This document shows positions 11,031 through 21,456 of a DNA stretch of 64,000 nt, piece by piece. Position 1 is the first letter of the stretch; every line of letters begins with the position of its first letter. Below the pieces are notes generated by a model. It was not told where the DNA came from, did no database searches, and worked only from the letters and a program-made list of their open reading frames with translations. A program made the translations under genes and the position numbers. The DNA lies in the NCBI GenBank assembly GCA_965248055.1, contig CBDFIJ010000004.1:992001-1056000 (forward strand), written 5' to 3'. This DNA is from Candidatus Multivoradales bacterium. GTDB taxonomy: Bacteria > Acidobacteriota > Thermoanaerobaculia > Multivoradales > JAHEKO01.

Positions 11031-13386
11031 GTTCGAACTCAACACCGCTCTGAAGAGCTTGGTCAGAAACTGGCCTTCTACCGTCTTGAGCATGGTCGTT
11101 CTCGGAGTATGTAGCGCAGCTTTCTTCCTCGTGGCGTTCTTCGCGATTCGTGAGTATTCATACGAACGATGGTTACCCGGCTACAGACAAATCTACCGAA
11201 TCTGGCTTGAGCTAGAGGAACCCGGCGAACCGCTTCGAGTAGCTGTCACCCCAGTACCTCTCGGCCCAACCGTTGCGGAGCAAGCCCCGCAAGTAGAAAG
11301 CTACACTAGGCTTTTGAAATATCCTCGACGACCAGTACTCGTTGAAGCTGGCGGGCTCAGATTTTTTGAAGAAGAAAACTTCTTCACCACTGATCAGAGC
11401 TTCTTTGATGTCTTTCGAATCTCGCTTGTCCGCGGTGACACACCTACCGCGCTAACCGGTAGCGACTCCCTGGTGATTACTGATCGTGCAGCCTTCAAGT
11501 ACTTTGGAACACTCGACTGCGTCGGGCGAACGATGCTGCTTAACAAAGAAGACCTCAAGACTGTTACGGGAGTGATGTCCTCGCGACAAGGACCCACCCA
11601 TCTTGTTTACGACTTTCTGGCGAAGCATCCTCCGGACCCTGCGCCCAACTGGTACCAGTTCAAAGCACGCACCTATGTTCGGTTTGCTCAGGAAGACAAT
11701 CGCGGCAGGGTGACGGACATTTTGCGCAGGATTGAACTCGACAAATACGGAGTCGACGCGTCCGACTACCACTACCATCTCCAGCCAATCGATGAGATCC
11801 ATCTCAATTCCAATTTCTTGGGAGAATTCCCCGGAGCTGGATCTGCTGCGACAGTACGTACTGCGATCTGGGCAGCGTTGATATTCCTCGCCCTCGGAGC
11901 CACCAATTTCGCTGTCTTCGAGGCCGTACGCCAGAGTACTCGAGCCAAGGAAACGGTGATTCGAGTTGTTAACGGAGCCTCCAGTCGTCAAGTATTGGCT
12001 CAAGCTATCGTCGAAGGGCTAATCGTTGCATCGATTAGCGTACTAATCGGCCTGTTCGTTTATTGGGTGGGTGGATTTCGTCTGATCGGCCTGCCAGAAG
12101 CCAAGTTCCAGCTGCTTGCCAGCCAGGAAAGCTGGTGGATTCTCGGAGCTATTGGCTTGGTTATAGCAGTGGTCGTGTTGGCGGCCTCCATCTATCCAGC
12201 CTACGTGGCCCTTAAGGTCGATCTTTCCGGGGTGACCAAGGGGACCTGGAGAAAACGCTCGGGACGTCTATCGATTCGACGATTTCTAGTAGGCGTGCAA
12301 TTACTGATCGCTTTTGTCCTCGTCTTTGCCAGCTTCAGATTAACCTCGCAGGCCCATCAGCTCTCTCAGCTCTCTGTCGGTTTCTCAACTGCAGGCCTGA
12401 TGGAGGTAGAGCTTCCGCGCAGCACGCAGATCAGCACCCAAAACCTGCGCGACCTAGTGGGTCGAGACCCGCTCGTAACTAAAGCGTCTTTGGTCTCCCA
12501 AGCCCCGGGTAGTGCTCTCAGAAAAGCGTCATTCATACCGGAAGGCAACGGTGCCGAGCACGTTATGGCCAGCGTCCTTTGGGGTGACGAGTATCTGCCA
12601 ATGGTCATGGAACTCAAGCAAGTGGCCGGCCAGAGTTTTGGTGTTGACTCCCAAGCAAATAGAGAGTCGGCATTCATCATCAATGAAAAAGCAGCATCTA
12701 TTTTTGGCTGGGAGAATGCTGTTGGAAAGCGACTCACACTAGATTCTGATGAAGACACCCTGGAGGGATCGGTGGTTGGCACGGTGGCAGATTTTCATTT
12801 CGGCTCAGTTGTCGAAGTTATCGACCCGATCGTGATCATGTACGCACCTGACAAGGCACAGAAAATTTTGCTACGAACCAAGCCAAATACCAGTGATCCA
12901 AAAGCAGTACTCGAAGCGATATGGAGACAAGCGATCCCCGGCGAACCTCTGAGAGCAATCGACACGTCCGCCAAACTCGACAATCTCAATCAGTCCAATC
13001 ACCAACTGGCGCGTGCAGGGAAACTTGTCGCCAGTAGCGCTAGCCTAGTTGCCGCACTCGGCCTCGTGGCGCTGATCGCGGTGTTGCTTACCGCCAAGAC
13101 TCGTGAAATCTCTATACGCAGGCTATGCGGAGCCTCGCAGGAGCGCCTGATCGCAACCCTAGCTGGCAAACTGGGCCTCTTGGTCGCGATTGTCGGAGTT
13201 ATTGCGATACCAATTGGCTCTCAACTAGTCTCACAAGTGAACGAAATCGTCGAATCCGAAGTGAAGGTCCTGATCGTTGGGTACTTTCTGGTAATTGGAC
13301 TGTTCGAGGCACTGCTCGTTGCAACAACAGCCTTATTTCTATGGAGGCGGAGGGATCGTTCGATTGTTGACGGTTTCATGGATTAA
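11023..13386 (+). CDS. Duplicated MacB/FtsX-type ABC permease
   Basis: Two repeats of TM + large periplasmic domain + 3 TM, R.KE..IR...GAS motif twice; start uncertain (GTG 10999 or 11023). Confidence 0.85.
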   Translation: MNRFELNTALKSLVRNWPSTVLSMVVLGVCSAAFFLVAFFAIREYSYERWLPGYRQIYRIWLELEEPGEPLRVAVTPVPLGPTVAEQAPQVESYTRLLKYPRRPVLVEAGGLRFFEEENFFTTDQSFFDVFRISLVRGDTPTALTGSDSLVITDRAAFKYFGTLDCVGRTMLLNKEDLKTVTGVMSSRQGPTHLVYDFLAKHPPDPAPNWYQFKARTYVRFAQEDNRGRVTDILRRIELDKYGVDASDYHYHLQPIDEIHLNSNFLGEFPGAGSAATVRTAIWAALIFLALGATNFAVFEAVRQSTRAKETVIRVVNGASSRQVLAQAIVEGLIVASISVLIGLFVYWVGGFRLIGLPEAKFQLLASQESWWILGAIGLVIAVVVLAASIYPAYVALKVDLSGVTKGTWRKRSGRLSIRRFLVGVQLLIAFVLVFASFRLTSQAHQLSQLSVGFSTAGLMEVELPRSTQISTQNLRDLVGRDPLVTKASLVSQAPGSALRKASFIPEGNGAEHVMASVLWGDEYLPMVMELKQVAGQSFGVDSQANRESAFIINEKAASIFGWENAVGKRLTLDSDEDTLEGSVVGTVADFHFGSVVEVIDPIVIMYAPDKAQKILLRTKPNTSDPKAVLEAIWRQAIPGEPLRAIDTSAKLDNLNQSNHQLARAGKLVASSASLVAALGLVALIAVLLTAKTREISIRRLCGASQERLIATLAGKLGLLVAIVGVIAIPIGSQLVSQVNEIVESEVKVLIVGYFLVIGLFEALLVATTALFLWRRRDRSIVDGFMD

Positions 13387-13482
13387 GCACTACTACCAAG
13401 GTGTTACACCTTGATTTGGCGTTACAAATTGAAGGCTAACCCCATCCACCGGGCAATTATCGGAAGCGAAGCATACGAGAAT

Positions 13483-13511
13483 TTGACTTGCGCTGGGAAA
13501 AAGCCTACATT
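13483..13511 (+). promoter_or_regulatory. Sigma70-type promoter of the small ORF
   Basis: TTGACT-17 nt-TACATT. Confidence 0.6.
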
Positions 13512-13582
13512 TGAAGCGTTAGTTAACAGAGGGCGTTGGATTGAGTCGCCGAGTCGTCCTCGCAACGAAAGGAGAACGACCA

Positions 13583-13663
13583 ATGCTCACACTTATCACG
13601 ATGGTTCTTACCGCCGATCACGAGACTGCCGGATCCGACGCCAAGGGTGGTGTCGAACTCTAG
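13583..13663 (+). CDS. Small peptide, 26 aa (MLTLITMVLTADHETAGSDAKGGVEL)
   Basis: AAAGGAG 8 nt before ATG, own promoter upstream, hairpin AGTTCCT/AGGAACT downstream. Confidence 0.6.
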   Translation: MLTLITMVLTADHETAGSDAKGGVEL

Positions 13664-14152
13664 GCGAGTACGGTTCGATTTTCTCTAGTTCCTGCGTCTA
13701 GGAACTCATCGGCTTGGCGCCACCGGAGACCTCTTTTGAGTTGTATCTCTGGAACCCCACCGTTTGGCGCTGATTTACCGCGAGAAATTTCTCCGCCAGC
13801 GATGGCCTCTACCTCCACGCCGATCTCGCCGACTTTGAGAAGCGACTCCAGCCCGCTTCCTTTGATCGGCTGTGGCTTCTGATTACAGTCCTGAGCAGGT
13901 CACATTCTGCGCCAGTCGTTCACAGACTACCAGTAGGATTTCAGGGGGATCCATTGGACAACTGCGCGAAGGATTACCGCGCGTACGTCTTGGCCGCGCC
14001 CATATTCTGGATTGGCCCTAAGCCATCCGACATCCTCAATGATCGAGTGAGCAGTACTGCAACCCCGCCCACAGATGACCGAGGATCAATACAGCTGAAC
14101 CGAGAACTAAGATTGTTGTCATGGCTATAGTTTACGCCTTTTTTGCGCCCTC

Positions 14153-15256
14153 GTGCAACACCCTCCCTGTGGACTAGATATATTGTGTTTCACAGCCGCT
14201 TTTCGAAGAACTAGTTTTGCAATAGTTGGTTCTTTGACGATTGCATTCTGGGCTGAGCTCCTGGATGCTGCGGAGAACGCGCCGATCGATCAGACTAGTG
14301 CGCCGTCGTCGACCTCAAACGATAGTGAGTTCATTGAGGCCATCACGGTGCGTGAAACCTCAATCATTCTGCGCAAGTCGGTATCGCGAGAGGATCTGAT
14401 AGTTAGCGTTGGAGGACGTGTTCTCACCCAAACCTCCACTTTGACGCTAAATTCGGGTGATCTTCCGGTCTCGATTTACGTCAACCACTGCAATACTGAT
14501 TTAACTGGCGTTACCCGAGGTCTAGGGATGCTACAGGCGCTGGCGCCGCAGCTCTCCGCGTTCGGCCCGACGACCGTGTGGTCGGCAGGAGCATCTCTCG
14601 TTCAACTGGCTGCACCTGCTACGACTCCAGAACGAATCGTGTGGTTGATAAATGACCTCGTGGGTTTCACTCCGAAGCTCTGTTCGGCATCAGCAGGCGA
14701 TTCAGCGATCCTGGCCAATGCAATCGATAAGTTGCCTTTGCAGGACCCGCACCGTCTTGTCTTCCTCTTGGGCTTCTTTGAGAACGAACTCTACAATCCT
14801 AGTTTGAAAGAGCTGAGCCAAACGATTTCCGCGCGAGGCTTGATCCCAGTGATAATCGCTCCGAGCGCCACTAGCCAGCCTTTAGAGAGTACGGACGTGC
14901 GACCCAGCATTATGGATCCGGACCCTAAACCGCCCGTGTTCAACTTAAACAATTTTCTGGTTTGGCTGTTTAGTCGTGAGAAAGACACCAGGCTCAAGAA
15001 CGATCCGCGCATCTATGACCATGCCCTCGATCCCCGTTACCAAACAATGCGTGCCTTCATCGGCCCAACCGATGGCCGGATAGTTAACCATCACGAGCAA
15101 TTGGAGAACTTCGTTGCCTCGCTTCAGCAGGCCACTGTGGTCCATTTCAGCCTTCCAGAAGGCCTACCCCTGGACACTCCACTGCCCTTGCGCGTTATCG
15201 ACGCACGCCGGGGTCGGGATGTTTCGCGAAGAAAGTGGTTAGCCGTCTTACGATGA
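14153..15256 (+). CDS. Hypothetical exported protein, possibly degenerate VWA-like
   Basis: Long ORF with signal-like segment and FIEAITVRE motif resembling acidobacterial VWA-protein N-termini; start uncertain. Confidence 0.55.
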   Translation: MQHPPCGLDILCFTAAFRRTSFAIVGSLTIAFWAELLDAAENAPIDQTSAPSSTSNDSEFIEAITVRETSIILRKSVSREDLIVSVGGRVLTQTSTLTLNSGDLPVSIYVNHCNTDLTGVTRGLGMLQALAPQLSAFGPTTVWSAGASLVQLAAPATTPERIVWLINDLVGFTPKLCSASAGDSAILANAIDKLPLQDPHRLVFLLGFFENELYNPSLKELSQTISARGLIPVIIAPSATSQPLESTDVRPSIMDPDPKPPVFNLNNFLVWLFSREKDTRLKNDPRIYDHALDPRYQTMRAFIGPTDGRIVNHHEQLENFVASLQQATVVHFSLPEGLPLDTPLPLRVIDARRGRDVSRRKWLAVLR

Positions 15257-15276
15257 CATTGGTATAGCACCTCGCG

Positions 15277-16668
15277 CTACCCTTCTCCGGTCTGACTCCA
15301 GGGATCCAGAGCCTCGCTGAGATCCTCCGGCGACATCACCTGCTGTTCCAAACACAGCGCGCGGATGGTCTTGCCGCTAGCGTAGGCCTCCTTGGCGATT
15401 GCCGCGGCGCGGTCGTAGCCGATCTTGGGTACCAGCGCGGTGACCATCGCCAGCGACTTTTCGACCATCTCGGTGGCGCGCTCTCGATCCGCTTTGAGAT
15501 TGTCAACACAACGCTCGGCGAGCAACCGCGACGCACTGGCCAGAATTTCGACCGACTGCAGCAAGTTGTAGCCGATTACCGGCATCATCACGTTGAGTTC
15601 AAAGTTACCCGATAGACCGCCCAAAGCAATGGTGGCGTCATTGCCGATCACCTGCGCTGCGACCATCAACACCGACTCCGGGATCACCGGATTCACTTTG
15701 CCGGGCATGATTGAGGACCCCGGCTGCAAGCTGGGGAGGACCAACTCACCCAGTCCGCAACGCGGACCCGATCCCAACCAGCGTAGGTCGTTGGCGATCT
15801 TGGTCAGCGAAACAGCGATGCCGCGCAACGTTCCGGAGGCATCCACCGCCGCGTCCTTGGCGGCCAGTGCTTCGAATTTGTTCGGAGCCGGGACAAACGG
15901 ATGCCCGGTGCGCCCCGCGATCCGTTCAATCGCCGCGTCGGCAAATCCAGCTGGGGCATTAAGACCGGTGCCAACCGCGGTTCCACCCAACGCCAATTCC
16001 GCCAACAGCCGCAGCGACTCCTCCAGACGGGTGATGCCGTTGCGAATCTGGCGCTCATAACCGGAGAACTCCTGCCCCAGACGAACCGGAACTGCATCTT
16101 GCAAGTGGGTGCGGCCGATCTTGACGATGCTGTCGAACTCGGTCGCCTTGGCAGCCAGAGAAGTCGCCAAGATCGACAACGACGGCAACAAGTCTTCAGC
16201 GATCGCTCCATAGGCAGAAACGTGAATCGCCGTGGGAATCGTGTCATTCGACGATTGGCCCCGATTAACATGATCGTTCGGGTGGACCGGGGTTTTGCTA
16301 CCCACCACGCCACCGAGAATTTCGATCGCCCGATTGGCGATCACCTCATTGGTGTTCATGTTGGTCGAGGTCCCGGAGCCGGTCTGAAAAATATCCAGTG
16401 GAAAATGCTCGTCGAGCTTGCCTGCGATGACCTCCTCGGCAGCTTCAATAATTGCTTTGGCTAGGTCTGGCTCGAGATCACCGCGCTGCAGGTGAACTTC
16501 CGCTGCCGACACCTTAATGGTGCCCATAGCCGCGACAAAGCGGCGTGGAAAGCGCAGCCCGCTGACCGGGAAATTGAGCCTCGCTCGCTCCGTTTGGGCC
16601 CCGTAGTACTTATCAGAAGCGACTTCCATTTCACCCAGACTGTCTCTTTCGATTCTCGTATTACTCAT
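15277..16668 (-). CDS. fumC: Class II fumarate hydratase
   Basis: [31 protein letters not shown]. Confidence 0.95.
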   Translation of the reverse strand: MSNTRIERDSLGEMEVASDKYYGAQTERARLNFPVSGLRFPRRFVAAMGTIKVSAAEVHLQRGDLEPDLAKAIIEAAEEVIAGKLDEHFPLDIFQTGSGTSTNMNTNEVIANRAIEILGGVVGSKTPVHPNDHVNRGQSSNDTIPTAIHVSAYGAIAEDLLPSLSILATSLAAKATEFDSIVKIGRTHLQDAVPVRLGQEFSGYERQIRNGITRLEESLRLLAELALGGTAVGTGLNAPAGFADAAIERIAGRTGHPFVPAPNKFEALAAKDAAVDASGTLRGIAVSLTKIANDLRWLGSGPRCGLGELVLPSLQPGSSIMPGKVNPVIPESVLMVAAQVIGNDATIALGGLSGNFELNVMMPVIGYNLLQSVEILASASRLLAERCVDNLKADRERATEMVEKSLAMVTALVPKIGYDRAAAIAKEAYASGKTIRALCLEQQVMSPEDLSEALDPWSQTGEG

Positions 16669-19600
16669 GATGCGGCCCTCTCCTGTGGTCTTTCTTGTAG
16701 CGACCGAACCTGCCAGTCGCTGGTTTGTAGTGCCTCTATTGCTTCGGTTGCGACGTGCGCAGCAGCAATGGTGGTGAAACAGGGGACTGAATGACGCAAC
16801 GCTGTGCGCCGAATCATGGTCCCATCTTGCTGCGCGGAATGGCCCGACGGAGTATTGATCACTAGATCAACCTCATGGTTACTCAAACAATCCACCACGT
16901 GGGGGCGACCTTTGGTCAGCTTAAAAACATGTTTCACCGGAATTCCCGCTGCCTCGATCGCCGCGGCGGTCCCTTCGGTCGACAACAACCGAAAACCCAG
17001 CCTTACCAAGTCCTGGGCGATCGGCAGCACCGCCTGCTTGTCGCCATCGCGAACCGAGATGAAGGCGGTGCCAGTGGTAGGCAGTGCATTACCAGCCGCA
17101 ATCCAGGCTTTGGCAAAGGCGTGCCCGACATCGTCGGCGACGCCCATTACTTCGCCCGTGGCTTTCATCTCCGGGCCCAGCACCGGGTCTGCCTCGGGGA
17201 AACGGTTGAAGGGAAACACCGGCACCTTAAGAAACACCCCCGGTACCCCCGGCTCGTCTACCAGGCCCAGTTCCTCCAGGCTGGCGCCTGCCATCACCTG
17301 TGCCGCCACCTTGGCCAGCGGGATCCCCACTGCTTTGGCAATGAATGGAACCGTACGGGAGGCTCGTGGGTTGACCTCCAGCAGGTATAAGCGCCCCTCA
17401 TGGACCGCTGCCTGGACGTTCATCAAGCCGACAACCCCAAGGTCCAACGCTAGCGATTTAGCCATCGAGCGCAGTTCACCCAGCAACTCTTGATCAACGC
17501 TATGGGGCGGCAGCACTGCCGCTGAATCCCCAGAGTGAACCCCGGCTTCTTCAATGTGTTGCAGAATTCCAAGCACCACCGCGCGTTGACCATCACAGAT
17601 CAGGTCGAGGTCCAGTTCAATGGCGTTCTCGAGGTAGCGATCGATCAGGATCGGATGCCCAGCGGAGACCTCCGCCGCTTGCCGCAGGTAGCCCACCAAG
17701 GTTTCCGGCCGATAACAAACCGCCATCGCCCGTCCGCCCAACACATAACTGGGGCGCACCAAGACCGGGTAGCCGATGCTCTCAGCAACTTGAACCCCCT
17801 CTTCGATCGACCTAGCGGTGCCATTCTCCGGCTGCAAGATCCCGTGCTTGCGCAGCAAGTTGCCGAACTGTTCTCGATCCTCGGCAAGATCAATCGCTTC
17901 CGGCGAAGTGCCCCAGATCGGTACACCGGCGGCGGCTAGAGGGCCGGCCAGTTTGAGAGGCGTCTGACCGCCCAACTGGACGATCACCCCTTGTGGCTGC
18001 TCGCGAGCAACCACCGCCAGTACGTGCTCTTCGGTGAGCGGTTCAAAGTACAAACGGTCTGAGGTGTCGTAGTCGGTGGAAACGGTTTCAGGGTTGCAGT
18101 TAATCATCACCGTCTCGAAGCCTTGTTCGCGTAGCGCGTACGAGGCGTGGACACAGCAGTAGTCAAATTCGATGCCTTGGCCGATGCGATTGGGACCCGA
18201 TCCGAGAATGATCACCTTGGGTCGATCGGTCGGCTCCGCCTCGTCCTCCGAGCCATAGGTCGAGTACAGATACGGCGTCAACGCAGGGAACTCGGCAGCA
18301 CAGGTGTCAATGCGTTTGTAGACGCGGCGGATTCCCCCTTCGGCAAGCCGCGCCTCGACCTCGGCAGCCTCACAGCCAAGCAACTGAGCCATTCGCGAAA
18401 GCGAGACACCGCTGGCCGCCGCCTCTTCCAGGCGGTCGAGTGGAACACTGCCTAGATCCCAGAACCCGACCTCTGCCTCAGCCTCAACAATCCTCTGCAT
18501 CTCACGCAAAAACCAGGGATCGAGGTGAGAGATCTCAGCCAGTTCGTCAACCGTCCAACCTTGGCGAAGCGCCGCAAAGACGGCAAACAGACGCTCCCAG
18601 TTGGGGTACGCCAGCCTGCCCCTCAGGCGCACCGGGTCGGCCATCCTACGGTCTCGCACCGACGAAGACTCCAGTTCCAATGAGGCGAGTGCTTTCATCA
18701 AGGCTTCACGAAATGTCCCGCCGATCGCCATCGCCTCCCCCACCGACTTCATAGAAGTTCCCAGCATCGGCGGAGCCGCTGGGAATTTCTCAAACGCCCA
18801 ACGCGGAATCTTCACCACTGTGTAGTCCAGGGTTGGTTCAAAAGCAGCGTAGGTTTCGCCGGTGATGTCGTTGCGGATCTCGTCGAGGTGGTAGCCGACC
18901 GCCAGCAAGGCAGCAATCTTGGCAATCGGAAAACCGGTCGCCTTGGAGGCCAATGCAGAACTGCGCGACACCCGGGGATTCATCTCGATCACCAGTCGTT
19001 CGCCGGTTTCCGGGTTAACGGCAAATTGAATGTTGGAGCCGCCGGTGGCGACTCCTACCCGACGAATCACCCGGAAGGCGTCATCGCGCATCTCTTGGTA
19101 TTCGTGATCCGAAAGGGTTTGCTGCGGAGCGACGGTGATCGAATCGCCGGTGTGAACCCCCATGGCATCAACGTTCTCGACCGAACAAACGACGATCGCA
19201 TTGTCCGCCGAGTCGCGCATCACCTCCAGTTCAAACTCTTTCCAGCCGACCACCGACTGTTCCAGAAGAATCTTTCGCACCGGGCTGGCGTCCAGCGCCA
19301 GCTCCACGACCTCCCTCAGCTCGTCGAGGTTAAACGCCACCCCTCCGCCTTCGCCCCCCAGAGTAAAACTCGGGCGCACGATCGCCGGAAATCTGATCTC
19401 CGCGACAATGTCCGTCGCCTCAGCGACTGACCCTGCGTAGCCACTGGCGGGGACCGCTAGACCAATTTCCAACATTGCTTGCTTGAACTCCAATCGATCC
19501 TCGCCCAAGCGCAGTGCATCCACCGCAGCACCGAGCAGCTCAACTCGAAAGCGCTCCAGGACTCCCGCCTCGTCCAAAGCCAGCGTCAAGTTAATTCCGG

Positions 19601-19880
19601 TTTGACCTCCTACCGTGGGCAGGATCGCGTCCGGTCGCTCCCGTTCAATGATCTTTTCGACCACACTTGGGGTCAAGGGCTCGATATAGGTCCGATCAGC
19701 AAAGCCAGGGTCGGTCATGATGGTGGCGGGGTTCGAGTTCACCAGCACTACCCGATACCCCTCACTTTGCAAGACACGGCAGGCCTGGGTCCCCGAGTAG
19801 TCGAACTCGCAGGCTTGACCGATGACAATCGGACCCGATCCGAGGATCAAAATCGAACAGATATCGTCGCGCTTTGGCAC
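16665..19880 (-). CDS. carB: Carbamoyl-phosphate synthase large subunit
   Basis: MPKRDDI start (GTG 19880), [17 protein letters not shown], duplicated ATP-grasp, MGS domain. Confidence 0.97.
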   Translation of the reverse strand: MPKRDDICSILILGSGPIVIGQACEFDYSGTQACRVLQSEGYRVVLVNSNPATIMTDPGFADRTYIEPLTPSVVEKIIERERPDAILPTVGGQTGINLTLALDEAGVLERFRVELLGAAVDALRLGEDRLEFKQAMLEIGLAVPASGYAGSVAEATDIVAEIRFPAIVRPSFTLGGEGGGVAFNLDELREVVELALDASPVRKILLEQSVVGWKEFELEVMRDSADNAIVVCSVENVDAMGVHTGDSITVAPQQTLSDHEYQEMRDDAFRVIRRVGVATGGSNIQFAVNPETGERLVIEMNPRVSRSSALASKATGFPIAKIAALLAVGYHLDEIRNDITGETYAAFEPTLDYTVVKIPRWAFEKFPAAPPMLGTSMKSVGEAMAIGGTFREALMKALASLELESSSVRDRRMADPVRLRGRLAYPNWERLFAVFAALRQGWTVDELAEISHLDPWFLREMQRIVEAEAEVGFWDLGSVPLDRLEEAAASGVSLSRMAQLLGCEAAEVEARLAEGGIRRVYKRIDTCAAEFPALTPYLYSTYGSEDEAEPTDRPKVIILGSGPNRIGQGIEFDYCCVHASYALREQGFETVMINCNPETVSTDYDTSDRLYFEPLTEEHVLAVVAREQPQGVIVQLGGQTPLKLAGPLAAAGVPIWGTSPEAIDLAEDREQFGNLLRKHGILQPENGTARSIEEGVQVAESIGYPVLVRPSYVLGGRAMAVCYRPETLVGYLRQAAEVSAGHPILIDRYLENAIELDLDLICDGQRAVVLGILQHIEEAGVHSGDSAAVLPPHSVDQELLGELRSMAKSLALDLGVVGLMNVQAAVHEGRLYLLEVNPRASRTVPFIAKAVGIPLAKVAAQVMAGASLEELGLVDEPGVPGVFLKVPVFPFNRFPEADPVLGPEMKATGEVMGVADDVGHAFAKAWIAAGNALPTTGTAFISVRDGDKQAVLPIAQDLVRLGFRLLSTEGTAAAIEAAGIPVKHVFKLTKGRPHVVDCLSNHEVDLVINTPSGHSAQQDGTMIRRTALRHSVPCFTTIAAAHVATEAIEALQTSDWQVRSLQERPQERAAS

Positions 19881-20142
19881 TACTGTGAGTGTAGCTGGGA
19901 ATCGTCCAGCCGGACACACCCTAGTACCGGATTCGGTCAAAGATCTGGTTCTCTATTGCCAATGCCACAGGATTTCCTTAGAATCCTTCTCTAGGACCAC
20001 AGTGTCCACATTTCGGAGGTCACCTCGGCGCGTCCGCGTTGAGGATTTTGTACCTCCACCGCGGAGCCAAGACTCGTTCTTGGTTTCGTCACGTCTTTTT
20101 TCCTACCGGTTGTCCTAACAGGCAACTACTTCCAGCCGAATG

Positions 20143-20167
20143 TGAGGGCCGAATTTTTCGGCCCTCA
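20143..20167. terminator. Perfect 11-bp hairpin, terminator-like
   Basis: TGAGGGCCGAA-TTT-TTCGGCCCTCA, followed on + by TCCTCTTT. Confidence 0.5.
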
Positions 20168-20229
20168 TCCTCTTTGGGGGAAAATATTTCTAGCCTCAAC
20201 CGGAAGCACGACTTGAAAAGCGAAATCGG

Positions 20230-21456
20230 TTACTCGGCGCGCAGCGCTCGCGCAGGCTCCACCCGGGTCGCCCGTGCCGCTGGGATCGCCGAGGCGATCG
20301 CTCCAGAAGTAATCGCCAAGAGCGCCACCGACACTAAATCTCTCGACGTCACATGAAACGGAACGGCATTGAGAAAGTACACCGTCGCCAGATCATCACC
20401 CAGTCGTATCAGTTGTAAAACGTCGAGCGTCCACGCCAACAAAGCACCCAAGCCGAGGCCGAGTGCGGTACCCACCAAGGTCAACAATAATCCAGACTCG
20501 AACAACGTCCGTCCCAACGACCTTTGATCGAGCCCCAAGGCTGCCAGAACCCCGAGATCTCTACGCCGCTCCCGGATCAACACCACCAGCGCTGAAGCCA
20601 CATTAGCGGTGGCTACCAAGACGATCAACCCCAACAACAAGAACAACAACACTTGTTGTCCGGCGAGCGCGGCAAACAACGCTTGATTGGCAACTCGGAA
20701 ATCTCGGATCTCATAACCCAGGCCCACCAGCTCGGTAATCTGTTCGCGAATCGACTCGAGGTCCTGGTCAGCGGCGACGCCGACCTCAAACGAACCCGGA
20801 GCCGCGGTCGCTTGCCGCAGGAAAGCCCGATCCACCACCACCCACGAGCGATCAAACTCGTGGTAACCGGTTTCGATCACCTGATGGATTTGCACCGAAC
20901 GGTAACGGAACTTAGGCCTGGGAGTGGAGACATCCATCAACATCAGGCGCACCGTATCGCCCGCTTCGACCCCCACCGTACGCGCCAGCTTGCTTCCCAC
21001 CACCGCACTATCGGGTGTCGGTAGCTCGAAACTGCGATTCCAAAAAAGACTCCCGTACTCGACCCCTCGCAGGGTCACGGCGGTTGAGGTTCCTGAGGTG
21101 GAGTCGCTTGCCAACAAAGAACCCTGGGCGTAGGCAACCGGATCCACCGATTCCACTCCGGGCATCGCCTGCAACGTCTGGGCAACCCGGGCTTGTTCTT
21201 GATCGGTGATCGATGCGTACGGGTAGACGCCGAAGTCCGCACCGCCCACCAGCAACCGATCCTCAAGTTCGGTGCGATAGCCGGTCATCAGCGCCATCGC
21301 CACCACCATTGCCACCACGCCCAGCGCGGTCGAGATCAGTGCCACCCGGGCGGTGCGGTGCCCAAGCAGCCCTTTGCGACCGAATACGAACCGCGACGCT
21401 AGCCCCCAGGTGAGACTGCTACGGGAGCTTCCACCCAGCCTTGCCGTGCGCTTCAT
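20230..21456 (-). CDS. LolC/E (FtsX-like) ABC permease
   Basis: TM + periplasmic domain + 3 TM, ERRRDLGVLAALG, PARAATRVEPARALRAE C-terminus. Confidence 0.85.
   Translation of the reverse strand: MKRTARLGGSSRSSLTWGLASRFVFGRKGLLGHRTARVALISTALGVVAMVVAMALMTGYRTELEDRLLVGGADFGVYPYASITDQEQARVAQTLQAMPGVESVDPVAYAQGSLLASDSTSGTSTAVTLRGVEYGSLFWNRSFELPTPDSAVVGSKLARTVGVEAGDTVRLMLMDVSTPRPKFRYRSVQIHQVIETGYHEFDRSWVVVDRAFLRQATAAPGSFEVGVAADQDLESIREQITELVGLGYEIRDFRVANQALFAALAGQQVLLFLLLGLIVLVATANVASALVVLIRERRRDLGVLAALGLDQRSLGRTLFESGLLLTLVGTALGLGLGALLAWTLDVLQLIRLGDDLATVYFLNAVPFHVTSRDLVSVALLAITSGAIASAIPAARATRVEPARALRAE

Noticed and set aside
13411-13701. 96-aa ORF from the track
   Set aside because: TTG start with no SD; it overlaps a promoter and the better supported 26-aa ORF in another frame.
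13714-14042. Open frame with a single in-frame TGA at 13771 (possible selenoprotein)
   Set aside because: No SD, no redox motif around the TGA, the downstream hairpin is not convincingly SECIS-like, and the product is unrecognisable.
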